The position numbers and the translations under genes are program-made. The notes under the pieces were generated by a model. It made no database searches and had not been told where the DNA came from. It saw nothing but the letters and a program-made list of their open reading frames with translations. A stretch of DNA of 64,000 nucleotides from Nitrospirota bacterium. GTDB lineage: Bacteria > Nitrospirota > 9FT-COMBO-42-15 > HDB-SIOI813. Location of the stretch: the NCBI GenBank assembly GCA_016212215.1, contig JACRGV010000131.1:655-64654 (forward strand), read 5' to 3'. Below, one piece after another: positions 26,854 to 35,833 of the stretch; within the stretch, counting starts at the first letter, position 1; each line of letters starts with the position of its first letter.

Positions 26854-27352
26854 ACTAATTCTATGGTTTATTTCTATAACAGCCCTTATTGCATTCCAGG
26901 GGAGTGTGCTGAATCCTTTTGTGGTGCACGGTATAAGACCTGATTTTATGCTGATTGCAGTATATTTTCTGGGGTTAGGCTATGGCGACATATTCGGTGG
27001 AATCGGCGGGGCAGTTATTGGTTTTATAATGGATGTAATATCAGGAGGTCCTGTTTATTATAACATCTTTACAAAGTTCTTTTCAGGATACCTCGCAGGG
27101 GTCATAGAAAGATGGGTACTACATCACGGATTTATGCTGCATACAGGGGTACTATTTTTATTGTCTTTAGCTCAAAGTATCATAGTATTAATTGCATACA
27201 CGTTTCTTGGAACAATCCAATTTCCTGATGACCTTTTTTATATAGCAATACCTCAGGCTGTCTTTGACGGAATAGCCGGAGGGATTGTTTACCTTCTTCT
27301 TTTCAGGCAGAAGAGGGTTCTTGTATCACGATGGGAGTCATTTGTAAAATGA
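26849..27352 (+). CDS. mreD: Rod shape-determining protein MreD
   Basis: A 167-aa polytopic membrane protein in the mreBCD position. Confidence 0.8.
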   Translation: MKLILWFISITALIAFQGSVLNPFVVHGIRPDFMLIAVYFLGLGYGDIFGGIGGAVIGFIMDVISGGPVYYNIFTKFFSGYLAGVIERWVLHHGFMLHTGVLFLLSLAQSIIVLIAYTFLGTIQFPDDLFYIAIPQAVFDGIAGGIVYLLLFRQKRVLVSRWESFVK

Positions 27353-29148
27353 CAGATTTTCAGGATAAGAACAGGGGGTTACAACAGAGAATAAAATATC
27401 TCAGGACATTCATTATCCTTTTATTTACTATTGTCCTTTTTCGTGGGTGGCACATGCAGATTATCAAAGGGTCATATTATAGAAAACTCTCAGAAGATAA
27501 CCGTGTCAGGACAGTTATAATGCCTCCTCTCAGGGGCATTATATATGACCGCAATGGAGAGATACTGGCGAAGAATGTCCCTTCATTTGATGCAGGCATT
27601 GTTATTGCCGACACAAAAAATCTGAACAGGACTATAAGAAAATTATCACCCCTAATTCATCTTTCGTTTGAAGAGATTAAAGAGAGGATAAAGTATGCAA
27701 AAAATTATGACCCTTTCTCTCCTATATTAATAAAAGAAGACATATCAATAAGGGAGGTTGCCCTGATTGAGTCTCAGGGTTGGAACCTGCCTGGGGTTGT
27801 AACAATCATTGAAGGAAGGCGTGAGTATCCCAATAATGTCCTTGCAGCCCATCTGTTAGGTTATGTAGGAGAGGTTTCGCAGTCTCAGCTCAGGGAAGTT
27901 GATTACTCATCTGAACTGCCCGGAAGAATAATCGGGCAGAATGGTATAGAGAAGGAATACGATAGCCTGCTCAGGGGCAGGGTCGGCAGAAAAAACATTG
28001 AAGTAGACGCATCCGGCCATGAACGTCAGATACTGGATATTTCTGAACCAATAGCCGGGGATAACATAGTTTTGGCAATAGATATAGGATTACAACGTGC
28101 TGCTGAAGATGCACTTGGGGACAGGAGAGGGGCCGTAGTTGTACTGGATTCAGATACAGGAGAGGTGCTTGCATTGGCCAGTCACCCGGCGTATGACCCT
28201 AATGTCTTGTCAAGGAGGCTACTGCCTAGTGTATGGAAAAAGATTGCTGAAGACCCTGGTCATCCATTAAACAACAGGGCAATACAGGGTACTTATCCTC
28301 CAGGCTCAGTCTTTAAAATACTCATGGCTACCGCAGGTCTTGAGGGGGGGTATATTGACCCGGGCGGAAGAATAGCATGCAGCGGCGGGATGCAGTTCGG
28401 TAACAGGTTTTACAGGGACTGGACATCAGTCGGCCACGGGTCAGTTGATCTGCATAAGGCGATTACACAGTCCTGTGATGTATATTTTTATCAGCTTGGG
28501 AACCGTATGCAGATTGATACAATTGCAAATTATGCAATGCAATTCGGTCTTGGAGAGCCTACAGGGATTGATCTCCCTTCTGAAAAGAAAGGTCTTGTCC
28601 CCTCCACACAATGGAAACTTAATGCCAGAAAGGAACGCTGGTATGCCGGGGAGACTTTATCAGTAGCCATTGGACAGGGGTATCTTTCAGTGACCCCTTT
28701 ACAACAGGCTGTAATGGTAAACACAGTGGTCAATTCCGGTTCATTAAAAAGGCCGAGGGTGCTTAAAGGCATAATCTCTGATAAGGAGAAAAAGACTTAT
28801 GAATTTTCATCTGTTGAGGTACGTAAGATTGATATGAAGGAGTCTACCCTTAAAAATATAAAGAGCGCCTTACACGGGGTTGTGAATGAACCCGGGGGCA
28901 CAGGAGGGGCTGCCAGAAGTTATCTGATTGATGTTGGAGGTAAGACAGGAACGGCACAGGCTGTTGGGAGGCAGTCCGTCACCGGTCTGAATGACCATGC
29001 ATGGTTTGCCGCATTTGCACCCGTTGATAAACCAAAGATAACCGTTTCTGTGCTTGTGGAACACGGCGGACACGGCGGCAGCGCTGCCGCACCGGTGGCT
29101 AAGAAGATAATTGAGGAATATTTTAAGACAGTGAATAGTGATGAGTGA
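27349..29148 (+). CDS. mrdA: Penicillin-binding protein 2 (elongasome transpeptidase)
   Basis: SVFK (SxxK) and KTGTA motifs, with a dimerisation domain. The start is chosen at MTDFQDKNRG. Confidence 0.9.
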   Translation: MTDFQDKNRGLQQRIKYLRTFIILLFTIVLFRGWHMQIIKGSYYRKLSEDNRVRTVIMPPLRGIIYDRNGEILAKNVPSFDAGIVIADTKNLNRTIRKLSPLIHLSFEEIKERIKYAKNYDPFSPILIKEDISIREVALIESQGWNLPGVVTIIEGRREYPNNVLAAHLLGYVGEVSQSQLREVDYSSELPGRIIGQNGIEKEYDSLLRGRVGRKNIEVDASGHERQILDISEPIAGDNIVLAIDIGLQRAAEDALGDRRGAVVVLDSDTGEVLALASHPAYDPNVLSRRLLPSVWKKIAEDPGHPLNNRAIQGTYPPGSVFKILMATAGLEGGYIDPGGRIACSGGMQFGNRFYRDWTSVGHGSVDLHKAITQSCDVYFYQLGNRMQIDTIANYAMQFGLGEPTGIDLPSEKKGLVPSTQWKLNARKERWYAGETLSVAIGQGYLSVTPLQQAVMVNTVVNSGSLKRPRVLKGIISDKEKKTYEFSSVEVRKIDMKESTLKNIKSALHGVVNEPGGTGGAARSYLIDVGGKTGTAQAVGRQSVTGLNDHAWFAAFAPVDKPKITVSVLVEHGGHGGSAAAPVAKKIIEEYFKTVNSDE

Positions 29149-29182
29149 ATAGTGAATAGTAAGAAGAAGCAAGAGGTAAGAT
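29125..29182 (+). repeat. Heptamer-periodic tract starting with AAGACAG
   Basis: AAGACAGTGAATAGTGATGAGTGAATAGTGAATAGTAAGAAGAAGCAAGAGGTAAG. It encodes the last 7 codons and the stop of mrdA. Confidence 0.8.
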
Positions 29183-29184
29183 AA

Positions 29185-29319
29185 CGGATGAATATTCCCT
29201 CCCCCTTGACGGAGGAGGGGCAGGGTGGGGGTGAACTCTGAAAATTCCCTCCCCTTCAAGGGGAGGGTGCTAAGTTCATCCCCCCTCCCTTGACGGGAGG
29301 GGGTTAGGGGGAGGGTGTG
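29185..29319 (+). repeat. Family B hairpin repeats (three units)
   Basis: Three CCCTCCCC..GGGGAGGG-type hairpins. The 3' end, GGGAGGGTGTGC, contains the rodA GTG. Confidence 0.9.
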
Positions 29320-30429
29320 CTTAAAAAAAATCCATTAGCTTTAATTGACTGGAAGGCGCTGGCAATAATTGCTGTAATACTTTTTATAGGGGTATTAACT
29401 ATATTCAGTGCTACTTACAACAGTTCAGGCGGGGGGATACCTTTATATTATAAACAGGCAGGTTGGATTGCTATAGGGATGGTATTCTTTTTTGCCGGGG
29501 CAACCATAGATTACCAGACTATTGCAAAATATGCATATCCATTATATGCAGTATCACTGTTATTACTGGTTCTCGTAATGGTTATTGGGAGAAGTGGTTT
29601 CGGTGCACAGAGGTGGCTGTCTGTAGGAGGCTTCTCATTCCAGCCATCAGAGCTTGCAAAACTGGCGACTGTACTTGCAATAACAAGATATTTTTCCGAT
29701 TATCCTGCCAGGTATGGTTATACTGTTAAAGAGTTATTTATACCCGGGGTTGTTATTGCTATTCCGGTACTGCTTGTATTGAAACAGCCTGACCTTGGAA
29801 CAGCCCTTGTAATAACATTTGTATCATTGGGGCTTATATATCTTGTAAGGATACGTTCAAAGTTTTTTGGTCTTTCAATGCTGATAGGGATAATGACATT
29901 TCCCTTCCTCTGGCAGTTATTCTGGGAGAGTCTAAAAGGGTATCAAAAGATACGTCTTATGACATTCGTAAATCCAATGGCTGATCCTAGGGGCACAGGC
30001 TATCATATCATTCAATCCAAGATAGCTGTCGGCTCCGGTGGATTCATGGGAAAGGGGCTGTTTGAGAGCACACAGAGTCACCTGAATTTCCTTCCTGCGC
30101 GGCACACAGACTTCATTTTTTCAGTATTTTCTGAAGAGTGGGGATTCATAGGTCTTGCAGTGCTCATGTTGCTCTACCTTGGTCTGATAACATGGGGATT
30201 GGATACAGCAATAAAGTCCAGAGACAGGCTTGGGATGTTGATGGGCAGCAGTCTGGTATGTCTCTTTACATGCTACTGTCTTATAAACATCGGGATGACC
30301 CTTGGGATAGTCCCTGTAGTGGGAATACCACTGCCCCTTATGAGCTACGGCGGCACCTCTTTAATTACTACCTTGTTTTCTCTCGGTATATTATTTAATA
30401 TAAAGAAAAAAAGGTACCTGTTTTCGTAA
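29317..30429 (+). CDS. rodA: Rod shape-determining protein RodA (SEDS family)
   Basis: About 10 TM segments with QPSELAK and FIFSV..EE.GF motifs. GTG is the only in-frame start after the TAG at 29305. Confidence 0.85.
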   Translation: MLKKNPLALIDWKALAIIAVILFIGVLTIFSATYNSSGGGIPLYYKQAGWIAIGMVFFFAGATIDYQTIAKYAYPLYAVSLLLLVLVMVIGRSGFGAQRWLSVGGFSFQPSELAKLATVLAITRYFSDYPARYGYTVKELFIPGVVIAIPVLLVLKQPDLGTALVITFVSLGLIYLVRIRSKFFGLSMLIGIMTFPFLWQLFWESLKGYQKIRLMTFVNPMADPRGTGYHIIQSKIAVGSGGFMGKGLFESTQSHLNFLPARHTDFIFSVFSEEWGFIGLAVLMLLYLGLITWGLDTAIKSRDRLGMLMGSSLVCLFTCYCLINIGMTLGIVPVVGIPLPLMSYGGTSLITTLFSLGILFNIKKKRYLFS

Positions 30430-30533
30430 TCTTCTTGACACCTACACACAATTAGAATTTTGAATTGACGTAGATGGCAGCAACTTAACTGCCTATCACC
30501 TATTGCCTCAAACCTGCCGTTAAAATTTACTGC

Positions 30534-30562
30534 TTGACCTGCAAGGTCATTTCCCCTAAAAT
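30534..30562 (+). promoter_or_regulatory. Putative promoter for tRNA-Ser / SRP RNA
   Basis: TTGACC (30534-30539), 17-bp spacer, TAAAAT (30557-30562), 13 nt before the tRNA. Confidence 0.5.
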
Positions 30563-30575
30563 TACATGTTGGATT

Positions 30576-30666
<91 letters not shown>

Positions 30667-30745
30667 GAAAAATGGTGTTGCCATTTTTCACTGATAGCAA
30701 ATGGCTGATAGCCATTCACTATTTACTATTCACTGTCTCTTGTAT

Positions 30746-30869
30746 GCAGTTGAGTATGGGGCTGGGGCCTGTGCGACACGGACTTACGAACCCCGTCAGG
30801 TCCGGAAGGAAGCAGCGGTAAGTAAATCTCCGTGTGTGCCGCAGATTTCCCTTGTCCTGTCTCAACTGC
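30746..30869 (+). ncRNA. ffs: Signal recognition particle RNA (small/4.5S type)
   Basis: Contains the conserved domain IV sequence GTCAGGTCCGGAAGGAAGCAGC...CGTGTGTGCCG. The closing stem is GCAGTTGAG/CTCAACTGC. The ends are approximate. Confidence 0.85.
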
Positions 30870-30885
30870 GTAGAGGAGATACTAA

Positions 30886-30964
30886 AAGAAAGTGATTAGT
30901 GATGAGTGATGAGTAAAAACACATTCCCCGTTACTAACTACTAATTTCTAATTACTAATTAACA
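30886..30964 (+). repeat. Heptamer-periodic tracts (GTGATKA units, then TTACTAA units)
   Basis: AGTGATTAGTGATGAGTGATGAGTAA ... TTACTAACTACTAATTTCTAATTACTAATTAAC. Confidence 0.75.
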
Positions 30965-32788
30965 ATGTCTTATCAGGTTCTCGCAAGAAAGTGGCGTCCA
31001 AATACATTTCAGGAACTTACCGGCCAGGGGCATGTATCAAAGACAATTGAAAATGCTATAAAGTCTGAACGTATTGCCCATGCCTATTTATTCTCAGGGG
31101 TCAGAGGTGTCGGGAAGACTACTGTGGCAAGGATACTTGCCAAGTCTTTAAACTGTGCTGAAGGCCCGACCGCAATCCCATGTATGAAGTGTCAATCCTG
31201 TCATGAGATTACCGGAGGTTATGCAGTAGACGTAGTAGAGATAGATGGTGCATCTCATACAGGTGTGGATAATATAAGGGAGCTTCAGGAGAATGCTCAG
31301 TATGCCCCGCTCAGAGGCCGCTACAAGATATACATAATTGATGAAGTCCACATGCTGTCTACCTCAGCATTTAATGCCCTGCTGAAGATACTGGAAGAAC
31401 CGCCTCCACACATTGTCTTTATTTTTGCCACAACAGAGCCTCATAAGATTCCTGCTACAATACACTCAAGGTGCCAGACCTACCAGTTCCGCAGGATTAG
31501 TTATAAGGAGATAATGGAGAGGCTTCAATTCATCCTCCATGAGGAGGGTATCAAGGCCGGTGAATCCGCACTCTCTATTGTGGCAAGGGCATCTGACGGA
31601 AGCATGAGGGATGCACTCAGCCTTCTTGATCAGGTGATTGCCTATACCGGCGAAAATATCACTGATGAGGATGTGGCGTGGATACTTGGTACGGCGGAGC
31701 ATCTTACAGTCCATCTTATACAACACATTCTTAACAAAGATTCAGCAGGGGCATTGAACATATTAAAAGAGTTATCAGACGGCGGCTATGATATCAAGCA
31801 GTTCCTCCTTAATATTGTTGAACATATAAGAAATCTTACGATGATAAAACTTGGGGTTGGAGGGGATGTGATAGACCTCCCGTCAGAAGAAATTGCAGCG
31901 GCTTCAAAATTGGCAGAAGGTGTTCCTATTGAAGATTTCCAGAGGCTGTTCGGGATATTTTCATCCGCCCTTGAAGAGATGCGCTGGTTCCCATATCCGA
32001 GATTCTCACTTGAGATGGCTGTGATAAAGGCATCAAACATGAGGCCGGTTGTCCCTGTAGATGACCTGCTTGCAAAATTACAGGATATAGAACATCGTAT
32101 GGTATCCGGTGTGCCGCCAATGGGTCTAAAGGGTGGTGAAAATCAGCGGGACAAGAATGTCCCGCCTATCCTCAATTTAGGCGTGGATAGGCGAGGTGTT
32201 CCAACCACGCCGGAGGGATTTTCGGGTAAAGCATCTATGCGTGTACCACTCACAAAGGACGATGAAGATTCCCTCCCCTTCAAGGGGAGGGTTAGGGTGG
32301 GGATGGGGTTATCTTCTGATGAAAACAAGCAGGAAACATCAGATAATCAGGCCATGCCTATTAAAGATGAAAGTGATTTAAAATCAGTATGGAAGAGCAT
32401 AGTGGGAAGGATATTAGAGCGAAAGCCGAGCCTTGGCTCTTATATTGAGCAGAGTATACCGCTTGGAATTTCTGAAGGGATACTGACTATCGGTTTTAAC
32501 GGCGGCGCTTCTGTGTTCATAACCTTATTAGACAGGAAGGATAGTAAAGACTATATCCTTGAAGTTGTTAAAGGTTATATGCAGGGAGTCAGCGGGATAA
32601 GATTTACTACAGCGTCAGATAAAACAGAGAACAACCCTGCACCGGCGTATGAAGAGTATGTTGCCACAGCACATGAAAAACAACAGGAAGAGGTGGATGA
32701 TGCATTCTCAGACCCTATTGTTCAGGAGGCAATTGATATTTTAGGCGGAGAACTTGTAGAATTAAGGAATAAAAAGCAGATTAATTAA
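30965..32788 (+). CDS. dnaX: DNA polymerase III subunit gamma/tau, with in-frame family A and B repeats in the post-domain-III linker
   Basis: GVRGVGKTT Walker A, Zn module CMKCQSC, DEVHML, SRCQ. Repeat-derived codons occupy 32126-32310. Confidence 0.9.
   Translation: MSYQVLARKWRPNTFQELTGQGHVSKTIENAIKSERIAHAYLFSGVRGVGKTTVARILAKSLNCAEGPTAIPCMKCQSCHEITGGYAVDVVEIDGASHTGVDNIRELQENAQYAPLRGRYKIYIIDEVHMLSTSAFNALLKILEEPPPHIVFIFATTEPHKIPATIHSRCQTYQFRRISYKEIMERLQFILHEEGIKAGESALSIVARASDGSMRDALSLLDQVIAYTGENITDEDVAWILGTAEHLTVHLIQHILNKDSAGALNILKELSDGGYDIKQFLLNIVEHIRNLTMIKLGVGGDVIDLPSEEIAAASKLAEGVPIEDFQRLFGIFSSALEEMRWFPYPRFSLEMAVIKASNMRPVVPVDDLLAKLQDIEHRMVSGVPPMGLKGGENQRDKNVPPILNLGVDRRGVPTTPEGFSGKASMRVPLTKDDEDSLPFKGRVRVGMGLSSDENKQETSDNQAMPIKDESDLKSVWKSIVGRILERKPSLGSYIEQSIPLGISEGILTIGFNGGASVFITLLDRKDSKDYILEVVKGYMQGVSGIRFTTASDKTENNPAPAYEEYVATAHEKQQEEVDDAFSDPIVQEAIDILGGELVELRNKKQIN
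32126..32229 (+). repeat. Family A repeat, copy A5, inside dnaX
   Basis: GGTGAAAATCAGCGGGACAAGAATGTCCCGCCTATCC..GGATAGGCGAGGTGTTCCAACCACGCCGGAGGGATTTTCGGGTAAA. Confidence 0.9.
32261..32310 (+). repeat. Family B repeat inside dnaX
   Basis: GATGAAGATTCCCTCCCCTTCAAGGGGAGGGTTAGGGTGGGGATGGGGTT. From ATTCCC onward it is identical to the intergenic copy at 26797-26839. Confidence 0.9.
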
Positions 32789-32790
32789 CG

Positions 32791-32839
32791 GAGAAGTTAG
32801 AAGCAAGAAGTTAGAAGTCAGAAGCAAGAAATAAGAATA
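32791..32839 (+). repeat. Heptamer-periodic tract (7 NAGAAGY units in register)
   Basis: GAGAAGT TAGAAGC AAGAAGT TAGAAGT CAGAAGC AAGAAAT AAGAATA. Confidence 0.85.
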
Positions 32840-32859
32840 TACTATCAGGAGGGAGAAAA

Positions 32860-33183
32860 ATGTCAAAGAAGATGTTCGGTGATATTATGAAGCAGGCCCA
32901 GAAGATGCAGGAACAGCTTGCAAAGATTCAGGAGGAGGCGGCTAATAAAACAGTAGAAGCATCATCAGGCGGCGGAATGGTGTCAGTTACTGCAAACGGC
33001 CGTCAGGAGGTGCTCTCAATAAAAATTGAAAAGGATGTAGTAAATCCTGATGACGTGGATATGCTTCAGGACCTTATTCTCGCCGCAACTAATGAGGCAT
33101 TGAGAAAATCAAAGGACATGATGGCAGAAGAGATGAAGGGGATGACAGGCGGGATGGGGATGAATATCCCTGGCCTGTTTTAA
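32860..33183 (+). CDS. ybaB: YbaB/EbfC nucleoid-associated protein
   Basis: [11 protein letters not shown]...[11 protein letters not shown]....I...V.P.D.EMLQDLI. It is in the conserved dnaX-ybaB-recR position. Confidence 0.9.
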   Translation: MSKKMFGDIMKQAQKMQEQLAKIQEEAANKTVEASSGGGMVSVTANGRQEVLSIKIEKDVVNPDDVDMLQDLILAATNEALRKSKDMMAEEMKGMTGGMGMNIPGLF

Positions 33184-33188
33184 GAAAA

Positions 33189-33326
33189 GGATTTTCGGGT
33201 GAACTCATATGAGCCGAGGGTTCACAAAGGGCCATGAAAATCAGCGGGACAAGAAAGTCCCGCCTATCCTCGTAGAAATGGATAGGCGGGGTTTTCTTAC
33301 CCCGCCGTAGAGGATTTCCGGATGAA
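33189..33326 (+). repeat. Family A repeat, copy A6 (full length)
   Basis: GGATTTTCGGGTGAAC..GTTCACAAAGGGCCATGAAAATCAGCGGGAC..CCCGCCGTAGAGGATTTCCGGATGAA. It contains the recR ATG. Confidence 0.9.
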
Positions 33327-33909
33327 AGACAATTTATTTAATCATTTAATTGAGCAATTGAAAAAATTTCCAGGCGTTGGCCAGAAGACTGCTCAGCGGC
33401 TTGCTTTCTTCCTATTAAAAGCAAATGCGGATGATGCAAAGGCGATAGCAGAGGCTATTATTGCAGTTAAGGATAATATCCGATTCTGTTCAGTATGTAA
33501 TAATATTACCGAAGAAGACCCGTGCCGTATTTGCAGTGATTCTAACAGGGACAGGAAAAAGATACTTGTTGTGAAAGAGCCAAGCACCCTTTACACAATC
33601 GAACGTACAGGCGGTTACAAAGGCTTATACCATGTCATGTTAGGTACAATATCCCCTTTGGATGGGATAGGCCCGGATGATATAAAGATTGCCGGATTAT
33701 TAAAGAGAGTTGAACAGGATGCAATCGAAGAGGTAATACTTGCCCTTGATCCTGACATGGCAGGAGAGGCGACCGCCATGTATCTTACACGCCTGCTGAA
33801 ACCTTTTGAGGTACACGTAACCCGTATTGCCTACGGTATACCGGTCGGCAGTGATATTGAATATGCCGATGAACTCACTCTTGTTAAATCCCTTGAAGGC
33901 AGAAGGTGA
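33322..33909 (+). CDS. recR: Recombination protein RecR
   Basis: LKKFPGVGQKTAQRLAFFLL HhH motif, C4 zinc finger CSVC..CRIC, and a Toprim domain. Confidence 0.9.
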   Translation: MKDNLFNHLIEQLKKFPGVGQKTAQRLAFFLLKANADDAKAIAEAIIAVKDNIRFCSVCNNITEEDPCRICSDSNRDRKKILVVKEPSTLYTIERTGGYKGLYHVMLGTISPLDGIGPDDIKIAGLLKRVEQDAIEEVILALDPDMAGEATAMYLTRLLKPFEVHVTRIAYGIPVGSDIEYADELTLVKSLEGRR

Positions 33910-33918
33910 GGTGTCTGT

Positions 33919-35223
33919 ATTTTAACAACCGTCATTTCAGTCGTTTTAGTAGCAGGCTCCATCGGGGCTTATTTAGCCGGTCACAGAAAAAAATCCAAAA
34001 AGGTTGAGAAGAAGATAACAAAGGCAAAGGAATATGGCCTGCATGAGCCTGTCCATATTCACCCTTACATTGACCCTGCAAAGTGCATCGGCAGTGGTGC
34101 GTGTGTAACCGCCTGTCCTGAAAAAGACATACTGGGCCTTGCAGATGGGAAAGGTAAGCTGATCAATGCCTCCCATTGCATCGGGCACGGGGCTTGTGCC
34201 TCGGCCTGTCCTGTCAGTGCGATTACCCTCGTGTTCGGTACAGAGACCCGCGGGGTTGAGATACCGTATGTAAACCAGAATTTTGAGACCAATATCAAAG
34301 GTGTTTTTATTGCCGGTGAACTTGGGGGTATGGGACTCGTAAAGAATGCAATCACACAGGGCCGGGAAGCTGTGGAATATATTGCGTGCGGACTCAAAGA
34401 GGCAAAAGGGGCTGACAAGGGTGTTTATGACGTACTGATTGTCGGAGCAGGTCCTGCCGGCATAGGCGCATCATTAGCAGCGGTGAAGCATAATCTGAAT
34501 TTTCTTACCATTGAACAGGAGGATATTGGAGGCACTGTATTCCACTATCCGCGTCACAAGATTGTCATGACATCCCCTGTTGACCTGCCGATGTACGGAA
34601 AAGTGAAACTGAACGAGACGACTAAAGAGGCCCTCTTAGAACTCTGGATGAGCGTTATTGATAAGACGGGCCTGAAGATTAATGTTGCTGAAAAGATGAA
34701 GGGTTTGAAAGAGGAAGATGGGAAGTTCAGGGTTATAACGACAAAAGGCGAGTACATTACAAAAAAAGTAGTCCTTGCAATAGGCCGAAGAGGGACACCG
34801 AGGAAACTGGGCGTACCGGGTGAGGAATTGCCGAAAGTTGCATACAGGTTATCTGACCCGGAACAGCATCAGAACCACAACATTCTCGTAGTAGGCGGCG
34901 GCGACAGCGCTATTGAAGCAGCGGTCTCATTGTCTAAACAGCCGGGCAATAAAGTTTTACTTAGCTACAGGGGAGATGCATTCAGCCGCATAAAACCCGC
35001 AAACAAAAGTCGCCTTGACGAGGCCGTTGCGAATAAACTGGTTAAGGTCATGTTGAATTCAAATGTCAAAGAGATAGGCGAAAAAGAGATCAAAATTGCA
35101 GTCGTAGAAGATATACAAGTAATCCCGAATGATTACATCTACATCTTCGCCGGCGGAGAACTCCCCAACGAATTCCTCAAATCAATCGGCATCCAGATCG
35201 AAAAGAAATTCGGAAAGGCGTGA
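33919..35223 (+). CDS. Membrane-anchored 2x[4Fe-4S] ferredoxin-domain / FAD-NAD(P) oxidoreductase (thioredoxin-reductase-like)
   Basis: The frame is open from the recR stop onward. It reads a TM helix, then CIGSGACVTACP and CIGHGACASACP, then VGAGPAGIGAS and VVGGGDSAIEAA. There is no ATG/GTG/TTG before 34231, so ATT 33919 after GGTGAGGTG is proposed as the start. Confidence 0.55.
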   Translation: MLTTVISVVLVAGSIGAYLAGHRKKSKKVEKKITKAKEYGLHEPVHIHPYIDPAKCIGSGACVTACPEKDILGLADGKGKLINASHCIGHGACASACPVSAITLVFGTETRGVEIPYVNQNFETNIKGVFIAGELGGMGLVKNAITQGREAVEYIACGLKEAKGADKGVYDVLIVGAGPAGIGASLAAVKHNLNFLTIEQEDIGGTVFHYPRHKIVMTSPVDLPMYGKVKLNETTKEALLELWMSVIDKTGLKINVAEKMKGLKEEDGKFRVITTKGEYITKKVVLAIGRRGTPRKLGVPGEELPKVAYRLSDPEQHQNHNILVVGGGDSAIEAAVSLSKQPGNKVLLSYRGDAFSRIKPANKSRLDEAVANKLVKVMLNSNVKEIGEKEIKIAVVEDIQVIPNDYIYIFAGGELPNEFLKSIGIQIEKKFGKA

Positions 35224-35229
35224 ACTTTA

Positions 35230-35480
35230 TCATACAAAGATTGTCTTTAATCCTTCTTTCTTCGCAGATTCCTCTTGTCTTTTGTCAGATGTAACGAAAG
35301 TGAGATTGACTCCCGTTAACTCCTGAAATAATAATGCTGAGGCTATATGGATGGCATCGAGGGTGCGTGTAGCTGAAAGTAATACAATTTCCTCTGTTTT
35401 CTTTGACACATCATCTGTAAGTTTTATTATCTCGATATACGGCAGCCCCTTTTTTATGCGGGTTACCAGTCTGTTAAAGG
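35230..35480 (-). pseudogene. PIN-domain (VapC-like) toxin remnant lacking its N-terminus and start
   Basis: The minus frame reads ...LSATRTLDAIHIASALLFQELTGVNLTFVTSDKRQEESAKKEGLKTIFV*. No start codon would give a full domain. Confidence 0.55.
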
Positions 35481-35524
35481 TTTTTTCATCTGTCTCCTTT
35501 CCTTGTTTACGCCTTGAAAGGAAA

Positions 35525-35833
35525 CTAACGCACCGTCTTTAAACAGTCTGTATTTGTCATAATTATGGCAAGCAAGGACTGGCTCTGTGAATAATCCTTT
35601 ACCTGACGCACGGCTTCATCATAAGCAGTCTCCGGAAGATTGGGATTAAACTTTATAATCGCCTGTTGCAAATATCGCGTGAGCACCACCTCCCTGTCTG
35701 AATTTCTTCCTAAAAGCCCATCACGGCCAAAGGTTTCCTGATTATAGGCATACACAGTGTCCCATCCGAGATGGTCCCGAAGGTAATCTGCGGTTGTCTG
35801 CTGAACTAATGTATCTTCGTTAAAATAGGTCAT
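35525..35833 (-). pseudogene. hsdR: Type I restriction enzyme R subunit, N-terminal fragment (about 100 aa; frameshifted and truncated)
   Basis: MTYFNEDTLVQQTTADYLRDHLGW..LGR.SDREVVLTRYL is a typical HsdR N-terminus. An HsdR-like continuation (YRLFKDGALVSFQG) lies in another frame, and no helicase domain follows. Confidence 0.7.

Noticed and set aside
33907-33909. The recR TGA might be a selenocysteine or a programmed read-through codon, fusing RecR to the downstream ferredoxin-oxidoreductase.
   Set aside because: There is no SECIS-like hairpin immediately downstream. RecR ends at its normal length, and an SD-like GGTGAGGTG precedes ATT 33919. This is kept only as a remote alternative in the finding.
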